DNA of 64,000 bases from Eledone cirrhosa (Eukaryota), in contig OZ024766.1 in the NCBI GenBank assembly GCA_964016885.1, positions 19,158,001 through 19,222,000 of the forward strand, read 5' to 3'. Shown one piece after another: positions 51,690 through 62,431 of this stretch (its first letter is position 1; each line of letters starts with the position of its first letter). The position numbers and the translations under genes are program-made. The notes below the pieces were generated by a model that worked only from the letters and a program-made list of their open reading frames with translations, made no database searches and was not told the DNA's origin.

Positions 51690-52816
51690 TGCCCCTCCCA
51701 CGAGAAGCTCCTCCTATGTGAAGCCCCTCCCACGCGAAGCTCCTCCTATGTGAAGCCCCTCCCGCGCGAAGCTCCTCCTATGTGAAGCCCCTCCCACACG
51801 AAGCTCCTCCCATGCGAAGCCCCTTCTCCCACATGTAGCTCCTCTTACAACCTGTTTGGTTCTTCATCTTAGTCACTCCCTCTAAACTTCTAATATTTTC
51901 TTTACACACACACACACTCCCTCCCACAACCACTAAACCACACTACCCCAACAAAGCCCCACCCATACAATGCACTTCCCATAAGCAAACACACCCCCAC
52001 ACATTTTCCCCTCGGCTCAGAAATGTTCTTTCTACATAATTCTCTCCCCTCCCACTTCACACATTTCTCCACCCACCCCCACACTAACAAAACTCCTCCC
52101 CTTCACACTTTTCTACACCCACCCACCCACACATACAACACCCTCTCACCTCTCTCACTTTTCTCCACCCACACAAAGTCCCTCCCCCCTAACATTTCTT
52201 CATCCACACAAAGCTCCTCCCACTTTCTTTGCCCATCTAAAGCCCCTCCCACTTTCTCCGCCCACCCAATGCCCCTCCCGCTTTCTCCACACACACACAC
52301 ACACACACACACGCAAAGCTCAGCCCACACAAAGCCCCTCCCACTTTCTCCGGCCACACAAAGCCCCTCCCGCTTTCTCCGCACACACACACACACAAAG
52401 CTCCGCCCACACAAAGCCCCTCCCACTTTCTCCGGCCACACAAAGCCCCTCCCGCTTTCTCCGCACACACACACACACGCAAAGCTCCGCCCACACAAAG
52501 CCCCTCCCACTTTCTCCGGCCACACAAAGCCCCTCCCCCGTAACTATCTTTCTCTCTGTCTAACTTCTTCGTTATCTCACTTAGAACCACCCACCACCAC
52601 CACCACCACCACCAATCCACCCGGGGGGGGGGGGAAACAGTGACCCCCTCTCCCCCTTTCCCCCCCCGACCTCTGACCTCAAGCCAGTCCCCACACCATA
52701 TGACACGACAACGACGACGACCACCACCACCACCACGACAACGAAGAAAGAACAACAACACTGACTACACCACACCACACCACACCACCATCGTCACCAC
52801 CACAACATCAAATGCT

Positions 52817-52853
<37 letters not shown>

Positions 52854-53515
52854 CATTGAATATAATACTTCCCCTGCTACTACAACACTTCCATCATCTC
52901 CACCGCGACTATCACAACAAGACAACAAGCGACCGCTTTTTGGGGTTTTTTTTTTTTTTAAAATCATGTCGATACCAGCTCTTCCCACCTGTCCACAGGT
53001 TTGCTGCCTCTTTCTCTCTCTCTCTTTATATATATATATATATATATATCTACCCCACCCCTCCAGTGACACCCCACACCCCACACATTCTCTCTCTTTA
53101 TATATATAGATATATATATATATACCCACCCTCCCACCCCCACACATTCTCTCTCTTTATATATATATAGATATATATATACCCACCCTCCCACCCCCAC
53201 ACATTCTCTCTCTCTTTATATATATATAGATATATATATACCCACCCACCCACCCCCACACATTCTCTCTCTTTATATATATATAGATATATATATACCC
53301 ACCCTCCCACCCCCACACATTCTCTCTCTTTATATATATATAGATATATATATACCCACCCTCCCACCCCCACACATTCTCTCTCTCTCTATATATATAT
53401 CTGTATCTCTCTATTTGTCTGTCTGTCTCTCTCTCTCTATCTATCTATCTCTCTCTCTCCCCTTTTCTCTGTCTGGCTGTCTGTCTCTATTTTTCTTTCC
53501 CTCACTATATATCTA

Positions 53516-53551
<36 letters not shown>

Positions 53552-53800
53552 TTCTCTGTCTGTCTGTCTCTCTATTTTTCTTTCTCTCACTATATATCTA
53601 TCTATTTATCTATCTCTCTCTCTCCCCTTTTTCTCTGTCTGTCTGTCTCTCTCTCTATTTTTCTTTCCCTCACTATCTCTCTCTCTCTATCTATCTTTTT
53701 CTCCCCCTTTTCTCCCCCTCTCAGTCACTGTCTCTCTCTCTCTCTCTCTCAATCTCTTTTCAGTCTGCCCCCCTCCCTCTCTCTCTCTCTCTCTCTGTCA
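51690..53800. repeat. Several short C-rich minisatellites (~32 bp at 51700-51840; AAAGCCCCTCCC-based at 52180-52540; ~58 bp at 53000-53400) and (CT)n tracts
   Basis: Direct inspection; downstream of the synapsin stop codon, so possibly 3' UTR. Confidence 0.75.
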
Positions 53801-54730
53801 CCCTTGTCCCCAATTTACCCCCTATTAATTTAGCATCCTAGTGACTGGAGTGGGGGGTGAGCAAATCAGGGCAGGAACTGGTCCCTTTTTTTTCTGGTTT
53901 CATTCTAGTTTTGTTTTGGTTTGGTTTGGGATTAAGGGACGAATGGATTAAGGGTTTTCAAAGAGGGGCGGGGGGGGGCGAGAGAAGAAGAGGGGGAGCG
54001 GGGCTGAATATAATCGAAAGCTGAATATATTGGTGGGCTCAGGTGACGAGCAAGTGGGTTAAAGAGAGGGGAGGAGGAGGAGGTGGGTGTCGTATGGCGG
54101 CGAGGGGAGGGGGGAAGCATGCGGAAGAAGGGGGTGGGGGTGTGCCCCTTTTTTTTTTATTTAATTTTTTTTTAATTTATGCAGGCATGTGGTGGGGGGG
54201 GGGGGGGGGGGGGGCGAGATGGTGGGGGAGGAGGGATGTTGCAATACATTTTCTTCCTTTTTTTTTAAATTTCTTTTTCAACATGCCCCCCCCCCCCCAC
54301 TTCCATTCCCGTCTTCGTTTTTTTTTTTTTTTTAAGAAACGCCCCCTCCCCCCACCACCGCCGCACACACAGCACCTCCCCCTCCCCCTAAACACACTAC
54401 GCCGCCGCCACTTTTGCAGCAACCCCCCCCTTTTTTTTTCTTCTTTTCTCCCCCTTCCCCATCCTCCTCCTCCACCCTCACCACCCTGCCTGCCTACACC
54501 ACACCACACCAACCAACCAACTTCCCATGCCCCCCCCCCACCCTCATCCACCAGCCCGTCCCCCCCACATATTTTTTTGGAGGGGGGAAGCTTTTTTGGC
54601 TTTGGTTTTGTATTTTGTAAGTTTTTAAAATATTTTTTTAAAGATCTGTTTTGGCCCCTTTTTTTCTCTTTTTAGGTCTTTGTTTTTTTTTTTTTTAATT
54701 TTTTTATTTTTTACTTTCTTTCTATCTTCT

Positions 54731-54834
54731 TCACATGTCCCCAAAAATCCCCGCGAAGGTCTTGCGAAGGTTCTGCATGGTGTCCTCATCCTGCCCGTGG
54801 GTCCCTTGTCCCGGCGGGTGCCCCTGGCTCCCTG

Positions 54835-54868
<34 letters not shown>

Positions 54869-55025
54869 CTGTTGTTGTTGCTGCTGCTGCTGTTGTTGTT
54901 GTTGTTGTTGCTGCTGTTGCGGTGGTGGTGGCGGTGGCTGCTGGGCCCCTGGGCCGGTCGTCCCTTGGCCCACCGCTCCTGGCTGACCCGGTCTGGCTGG
55001 AACTCCGGGCTGTTGGCCGGGAGCC
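54731..55025 (-). CDS. Syn: Synapsin, last coding exon (Pro/Gln-rich region, Q28, domain E, stop)
   Basis: ccttgcttttccAG|(G)APGQQPGVPARPGQPGAVGQGTTGPGAQQPPPPPP-Q28-PGSQGHPPGQGTHGQDEDTMQNLRKTFAGIFGDM-TGA. The C-terminus is synapsin domain E. Phase 2 fits the preceding exon. Confidence 0.93.
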
Positions 55026-55097
55026 CTGGAAAAGCAAGGAAAGGCAACTCTTAGAGTCGGTCATCATCATCATCATCATCATCATAATATGTTTAGA

Positions 55098-55437
55098 TAA
55101 TCCCCTATATAAATACTACTAAAATCCCCTATATAAATACTACTAAAATCCCCTATATAAATACTACTAAAATCCCCTATATAAATACTACTAAAATCCC
55201 CTATATAAATACTACTAAAATCCCCTATATAAATACTACTAAAATCCCCTATATAAATACTACTAAAATCCCCTATATAAATACTACTAAAATCCCCTAT
55301 ATAAATACTACTAAAATCCCCTATATAAATACTACTAAAATCCCCTATATAAATACTACTAAAATCCCCTATATAAATACTACTAAAATCCCCTATATAA
55401 ATACTACTAAAATCCCCTATACAAATACTACTAAAAC
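55098..55437. repeat. 24-bp homogeneous minisatellite (x14)
   Basis: Unit AAAATCCCCTATATAAATACTACT. Confidence 0.95.
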
Positions 55438-55444
55438 TCTGTGA

Positions 55445-55476
<32 letters not shown>

Positions 55477-55741
55477 CTGTAATGTAATACAGCCAAAAGG
55501 GGACATAATGGGGAAAAAATACTTTGAAAGGGAGTTGACCCAGAAATGGGAATACAAAAGGAATAAAACAAGTTTCGAGTAAATCGGAGCAAGGGTTCCC
55601 GAGATATGGGGTTTCTGGGGTGCCTTCATAAATAGAGAGAGAGAGATAAAGAGAGGAGGAGGGAGTGGTTGAGAGAGAGTGGTTGTGAGAGAGTAGATTG
55701 AAAGAGAGAGACATAGTAACAAACATACAGCTGCATCTTAA

Positions 55742-56887
55742 CCCTTTAGCATTTACATTACTCTATATATACTATTGTATTGTCACAGTAAAGGATTTAC
55801 CTCACATAATATCTCACATAACATTTACATTACTCTATATATACTATTGTATTGTCACAGTAAAGGCTTTACCTCACATAATATCTCACATAACATTTAC
55901 ATTACTCTATATATACTATTGTATTGTCACAGTAAAGGCTTTATCTCACATAATATCTCACATAACATTTACATTACTCTATATATACTATTGTATTGTC
56001 ACAGTAAAGGCTTTACCTCACATAATATCTCACATAACATTTACATTACTCTATATATACTATTGTATTGTCACAGTAAAGGCTTTACCTCACATAATAC
56101 CTCACATAACATTTACATTACTCTATATATACTATTGTATTGTCACAGTAAAGGCTTTACCTCACATAATACCTCACATAACATTTACATTACTCTATAT
56201 ATACTATTGTATTATCACAGTAAAGGCTTTACCTCACATAATATCTCACATAACATTTACATTACTCTATATATACTATTGTATTGTCACAGTAAAGGCT
56301 TTACCTCACATAATACCTCAAATAACATTTACATTACTCTATATATACTATTGTATTGTCACAGTAAAGGCTTTGCCTCACACAATATCTCACATAACAT
56401 TTACATTACTCTATATATACTATTGTATTGTCACAGTAAAGGCTTTACCTCACATAATATCTCACATAACATTTACATTACTCTATATATACTATTGTAT
56501 TGTCACAGTAAAGGCTTTACCTCACATAATACCTCACATAACATTTACATTACTCTATATATACTATTGTATTTTCACAGTAAAGGCTTTACCTCACATA
56601 ATATCTCACATAACATTTACATTACTCTATATATGCTATTGTATTGTCACAGTAAAGGCTTTACCTCACATAATATCTCACATAACATTTACATTACTCT
56701 ATATATACTATTGTATTGTCACAGTAAAGGCTTTACCTCACATATTATCTCACATAATATCAAATCTATGAGATTTTGAAAGTATTTATTTTGAGAACAA
56801 TACCTTAACATCAGTTTGAGTGGCCAATTACAGCCAGTTTCAACAGAAAAAGGTAGAGAATTCTGGGCCGGTTTGAACATTAAAGGG
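55742..56887. mobile_element. Complete MITE family A (piggyBac-like) with ~14 internal 72-bp units, in opposite orientation to the other copies
   Basis: TTAA(55738-41)|CCCTTTAGCATTTA ... GAACATTAAAGGG|TTAA(56888-91): TTAA target duplication and CCC/GGG termini. Confidence 0.88.
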
Positions 56888-57007
56888 TTAACCTCATCAG
56901 CTACTTTGGTAGTGGGCAGTTTTGTGCACAACAGATTGGAGAAGCACATGAAAGGTTGATGTATGTAATATATGCGTTAAGATCGTATTTATTAGAGTTG
57001 TACTTAC

Positions 57008-57109
57008 CCACTTTCAGTCTGGCCAGTTCGTGTTCCCGCTGGTCGGGGTGGTGGGGGAGGTGGTGTGTCTGCTGTGTACTGGGGCTGCAGGGAACCACTA
57101 GGGCCTTGG
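57008..57109 (-). CDS. Syn: Synapsin, proline-rich exon (domain D-like)
   Basis: ctctgttgcAG|(S)QGPSGSLQPQYTADTPPPPPPRPAGTRTGQTES(G)|GTAAGT. 102 nt, phase 2/2. Confidence 0.85.
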
Positions 57110-57216
57110 CTGCAACAGAGATACAGACATCTATTTTATTATCGTCTGTCATCCAGAAAGCTTTGGTAATGGAGTAGTTATATTTTGTGTTGCCCACTTT
57201 CTAATTAAATATACAC

Positions 57217-57851
57217 ATCATCATCATCATCATTTCATATTACGTCCGCTTTTTCCCTGCTTGCAAGGGTGGGATGGGAACTGATTCTGGCTTGATTTCT
57301 ACAGTTGGATGCCCTTCCTAACACCAACCTCATTTACAGTGAGTGCTGGGTGCTTTTTTGCCATGGCACCTCCACGACCACTTTACAGTGTGGGCTGGGT
57401 GCTTTTTTGCCGTGGCACCTCCACAACCACTTTACAGTGTGGGCTGGGTGCTTTTTTGCCGTGGCACCTCCACAACCACTTTACAGTGAGTGCTGGGTGC
57501 TTTTTTGCCGTGACACCCCCACGACCACTTTACAGTGAGTGCTGGGTGCTTTTTTTGCCGTGGCACCCCCACAACCACTTTACAGTGAGTGCTGGGTGCT
57601 TTTTTGCCGTGGCACCTCTACGACCACTTTACAGTGGAATGATAGGGACCCCAGTCCCTATCATCTCATTTCTACAGCTGAGTAAACTGGAGCAATGTGA
57701 AATAAAGTGTCTTGCTCAAGGACACAACACATCACCCGGTCTGAGAATTGAACTCACAACCTTTTGATTGCAAGGCCAATGCTCTAACCACTAAGCCATG
57801 TGCCTCCATATTGCAAGGCCAATGCTCTAACCACTACGCCATGGGCCTCCA
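57217..57851 (-). mobile_element. Full-length SINE family 1 (~6 internal units) plus a 42-bp head duplication
   Basis: Reverse complement of the 33515-35485 architecture (tail at 57217, head ending at 57808). TTGCAAGGCCAATGCTCTAACCACTA is repeated at 57811. Confidence 0.88.
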
Positions 57852-57887
57852 TTAGGGTATAAATTACCTTATTTTGGTATAAATTAC

Positions 57888-57997
57888 CTTATTCCAGACT
57901 TGCAATAAACCTGCATTTTCTGCATTACCATTTCAGAGATGAGGCGTCTGTCTTCCTCTTGCGTTTCGCCTAACAATACCATCGAGGAATCGTTTAC
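57888..57997 (-). CDS. Syn: Synapsin, end of domain C
   Basis: ctaatttcAG|VNDSSMVLLGETQEEDRRLISEMVMQKMQVYCKSGI+AG|GTAATT. 110 nt, phase 0/2. Confidence 0.9.
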
Positions 57998-58069
57998 CTG
58001 AAATTAGTGACGGAACAAAGAGTTGGTTTCGATATTTAGTGGGGTTGGGGGGGCAAAAGTAATTATTTT

Positions 58070-58495
58070 TGGTGAAAAATTATTAATTTTGTGGAGAAAT
58101 TAATCACTTTTGGAATAAAACTAGTAATTTTTGTGGAAAAATGAGTTAATTTAGTGAAAAATTAGTCAATTTTGGTGAAAAATTAGTTATTTTAGTGAAA
58201 AATTAGTTATTTTAGTGAAAAATTAGTTATTTTAGTGAAAAATTAGTCAATTTTAGTGAAAAATTAGTTATTTTAGTAAAAAATTAATTATTTTAGTGAA
58301 AAATTAGTCAATTTTAGTGAAAAATTAGTCAATTTTAGTGAAAAATTAGTCAATTTTAGTGAAAAATTAATTATTTTAGTGAAAAATTAGTCAATTTTAG
58401 TGAAAAATTAGTTATTTTAGTGAAAAATTAGTCAATTTTAGTGAAAAATTAGTCAATTTTAGTGAAAAATTAGTTATTTTTGTGGCAAAATTATG
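58070..58495. repeat. AT-rich 20-21-bp minisatellite (TTTTAGTGAAAAATTAGTCAA)
   Basis: Direct inspection; a related degenerate array lies at 58945-59460. Confidence 0.85.
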
Positions 58496-58549
58496 AACAA
58501 CTACAAAATGATTGGAAGTATATTCCCCCAGAATGGTAGGGAGTATATT

Positions 58550-58787
58550 CCAACAAAAAGTCACCAACAAAAAGGCCCCTTAGGTCAATGATATATTATA
58601 GTTACCAACAAAAAGGCTCCTTAGGTCATTTATATATTATAGTCACCAACAAAAAGGCCTCTTAGGTCATTTATATATTATAGTCACCAACAAAAAGCCC
58701 CTTAGGTCAATGACATATTATAATCACCAACAAAAAGGCCTCTTAGGTCAATGATATATTATAATCACCAACAAGAAGGCCCCTTAC
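58550..58787. repeat. 41-bp tandem repeat (~5.5 units) resembling the adjacent synapsin exon/donor junction
   Basis: Units start at 58562, 58603, 58644, 58685, 58725 and 58766. The last unit continues into the exon. Confidence 0.85.
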
Positions 58788-58890
58788 CTCTATGATGTAT
58801 TCTCGGCCATCTTTGCCCTGTAATGCCTCCACAGCTATAATATCAAGACCACCAAACATCTGACTGCATTCATCCACCCACATTTTGTAC
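58788..58890 (-). CDS. Syn: Synapsin domain C exon (103 nt)
   Basis: tatattacAG|(R)[34 protein letters not shown]|GTAAGG. Highly conserved synapsin sequence; phase 2/0. Confidence 0.96.
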
Positions 58891-59563
58891 CTGTAATATA
58901 ATTGGGAAGACTGTCATAAAGGGATCCATATTGAGGAAGGTTTAGGTGGAAAATTATTAATTTTTGTGGAGAAATAAGTCATTTTTAGTGAAGAATTCGT
59001 GATTTTTAGTGAAAAATTATTAATTTTTGAAGAAAATTTATTAATTTTTGCGGAAAAAGTTATTTTTTGCGGAAAATTTATTAATTTTCGCGGAAAAAGC
59101 ATTATTTTTAGCGGGAAAATTATTATTTTTTGCGGAAAAATTATTTTTTTTGCGGAAAAATTATTATGGTTTGTGGGAAATTTATTATTTTTTGCGGAAA
59201 ATTTATTAATTTTTGCGGAAACTTTATTAATTTTTGCGGAAAAAGCTATTAATTTTTGCAGAAAAATTATTAATTTTTGCGGAACAATTAATTTTTGCAG
59301 AAAATTTATTATTTTTTGCGGAAAATTTATTAATTTTTGCGGAAAATTATTATTTTTTGTGGAAAAATTATTAATTTTTGCTGAAAATTTATTAATTTTT
59401 GCGGAAAAATTATTAATTTTTGCTGAAAATTTATTAATTTTTGCGGAAAAATTAATAATATAACTGGGGAGGCAATGGTGGTGGTTGTGTTGCTGTTGCA
59501 GGTTTTATTAATGTTGTTGTGGTGGTGGTGGTGGTGGTGGTGTTGGAGGGTTGAACCACTGAC

Positions 59564-59638
59564 CGTTCATTCATAGCTATCTGTTCCAACATGGCCGATC
59601 CTGTATTGGCCTTCCAATTTCCTGAAATGGATTTACGG
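59564..59638 (-). CDS. Syn: Synapsin domain C exon (75 nt)
   Basis: tatttttcAG|(I)[24 protein letters not shown](R)|GTCAGT, with the synapsin signature [14 protein letters not shown]. Phase 2/2. Confidence 0.96.
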
Positions 59639-59759
59639 CTGAAAAATAGAAATAAAACATATGTACAGTTTATTATAATTTACCATATTTTCAGCTGATA
59701 TTACTTCTTCACCTATACCGCTCTAGTTTTTATATTTGAAAACAAAGTTCTGCATACAT

Positions 59760-59792
<33 letters not shown>

Positions 59793-61790
59793 GTTTAACG
59801 TCCATCTTCCACGCTTGCGCATGGGTTTGGACGGGAGTTTTCCCACTTGAGGCAAGAGTGGTTGTCTCGCTCGTATAGGACTGTCTGGCGGGTTTTCTAC
59901 GGCTGGGTGCCCTTCCTAACACCAACCACGTTTACAGTGTGGAACTGGGAGGTTTTTACCATGTTGCCTACACGGCCACATTACAGCGTGGACTGTCTGG
60001 CGGGTTTTCTACAGTTGGATGCCCTTCCTAACACCAACCACATTTACAGTGTGGAACTGGGAGGTTTTTACCGTGTTACCTACACGGCCACATTACAGCG
60101 TGGATGGTGTGTTGTTTTGTCGTGACACCTACACGTCTGGTGGGTTGTCTACGGCTGGATGCCCTTCCTAAAACCAACCACGTTTACAGTGTGTACTGGG
60201 AGGTTTTTACTGTGTTACCTACACGGCCACATTACAGCGTGGACTGTGTGTTGTTTTGTCGTGACACCTACACGTCTGGTGGGTTGTCTACGGCTGGATG
60301 CCCTTCCTAAAACCAACCACGTTTACAGTGTGGAACTGGGAGGTTTTTACTGTGTTACCTACACGGCCACATTACAGCGTGGACTGTGTGTTGTTTTGTC
60401 GTGACACCTACACGTCTGACAGGTTTTCTACGGCTGGATGCCCTTCCTAACACCAACCACGTTTACAGTGTGGAACTGGGAGGTTTTTACCGTGTTACCT
60501 ACACGGCCACATTACAGCGTGGACTGTGTGTTGTTTTGTCGTGACACCTACACGTCTGGTGGGTTTTCTACGGCTGGATGCCCTCCCTAACACCAACCAT
60601 GTTTACAGTGTGGACTGGGAGGTTTTTTCCGTGTTACCTACACGGCCACATTACAGCGTGGATGGTGTGTTTTTTGTCGTGACACCTACACGTCTGGCGG
60701 GTTGTCTACGGCTGGATGCCCTTCCTAACACCAACCACGTTTACAGTGTGGACTGGGAGGTTTTTACCGTGTTACCTACACGGCCACATTACAGCGTGGA
60801 TGGTGTGTTGTTTTGTCGTGACACCTACACGTCTGGTGGGTTTTCTACGGCTGGATGCCCTCCCTAACACCAACCATGTTTACAGTGTGGACTGGGAGGT
60901 TTTTTCCGTGTTACCTACACGGCCACATTACAGCGTGGATGGTGTGTTTTTTGTCGTGACACCTACACGTCTGGCGGGTTGTCTACGGCTGGATGCCCTT
61001 CCTAACACCAACCACGTTTACAGTGTGGACTGGGAGGTTTTTACCGTGTTACCTACACGGCCACATTACAGCGTGGATGGTGTGTCTTTTGTCGTGACAC
61101 CTACATGTCTGGTGGGTTGTCTACGGCTGGATGCCCTTCCTAAAACCAACCACGTTTACAGTGTGGAACTGGGAGGTTTTTACCGTGTTACCTACACGGC
61201 CACATTACAGCGTGGACTGTGTGTTGTTTTGTCGTGACACCTACACGTCTGGCAGGTTTTCTACGGCTGGATGCCCTTCCTAACACCAACCACATTTACA
61301 GTGTGGAACTGGGAGGTTTTTACCGTGTTACCTACACGGCCACATTACAGCGTGGACTGTGTGTTGTTTTGTCGTGACACCTACACGTCTGGTGGGTTTT
61401 CTACGGCTGGATGCCCTTCCTAACACCAACCATGTTTACAGTGTGGACTGGGAGGTTTTTTCCGTGTTACCTACACGGCCACATTACAGCGTGGATGGTG
61501 TGTTTTTTGTCGTGACACCTACATGTCTGGCGGGTTGTCTACGGCTGGATGCCCTTCCTAACACCAACCACGTTTACAGTGTGGAACTGGGAGGTTTTTA
61601 CCGTGTTACCTACACGGCCACATTACAGCGTGGATGGTGTGTCTTTTGTCGTGACACCTACACGTCTGGCGGGTTGTCTACGGCTGGATGCCCTTCCTAA
61701 CACCAACCACGTTTACAGTGTGGAACTGGGAGGTTTTTACCGTGTTACCTACACGGCCACATTACAGCGTGGACTGTGTGTTTTTTTGTC
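59760..61790 (-). mobile_element. Retroelement 3' end with (GAT)n tail and a ~139-bp tandem array (~13 units) related to the SINE 1 body
   Basis: Tail (CAT)nCGTTTAACGTCC at 59760. GGATGCCCT recurs at 60157, 60296, 60436, 60576 and 60714. The unit contains GGATGCCCTTCCTAACACCAACC plus two diverged 48-bp-type subunits. Confidence 0.8.
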
Positions 61791-62059
61791 GTGTGTTGTT
61801 TCCTTGAGCAAGACACTTTATTTCACATTGCTCCAGTTTACTCAGCTGTAGAAATGAGATGATAGGGACCCAAGTCCCTATCATTCCACTGCAAAGTGGA
61901 CGTGGAGGTGCCACGGCAAAAAAGCACCCAGCACTCACTGTAAATGAGGTTGGTGTTAGGAAGGGCATCCAGCTGTAGAAATCAAGCCAGAATCAGTTCC
62001 CGTCCCACCCTTGCAAGCAGGGAAAAGTGGACGTAAAATGATGATGATGATGATGATGA

Positions 62060-62063
<4 letters not shown>
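61790..62063 (+). mobile_element. 5'-truncated SINE family 1 with a single 49-bp unit
   Basis: Core, hairpin, one unit, RTE-like tail and (GAT)n. Confidence 0.85.
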
Positions 62064-62119
<56 letters not shown>

Positions 62120-62203
62120 TAGGTAATTCAGTGAATTACTGGTGTAAAAAATGGACATAAATGATACCCCCCCCCCTGCTCATGTTTCTCCCACACTACT
62201 TAC

Positions 62204-62346
62204 ATAAAGGCCTTATAGTTGTTGGCAATTTTCTGCACACGTATGTCGTACTTGCAGTCTACAAAAGGCTCTGTGGTAGCATAAGTCCTTGTAACAGCTA
62301 CTACACTTGATATATCCTGGAAAGCGTGATGGTGGTCGATTTTTAC
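62204..62346 (-). CDS. Syn: Synapsin domain C exon (143 nt); upstream exons lie beyond the window
   Basis: atttacAG|[47 protein letters not shown]+AT|GTAAGT, with synapsin motifs FQDI.SVVA, EPF.D.KYD.RVQKI..NYKA. Phase 0/2. Confidence 0.96.
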
Positions 62347-62431
62347 CTGTAAATATATATTTATATATAATGATTGGAGAACTGAGAAGCTGTGTTCAGT
62401 TTATTATTTTACAAGGGCGGTGGATTGGCAG

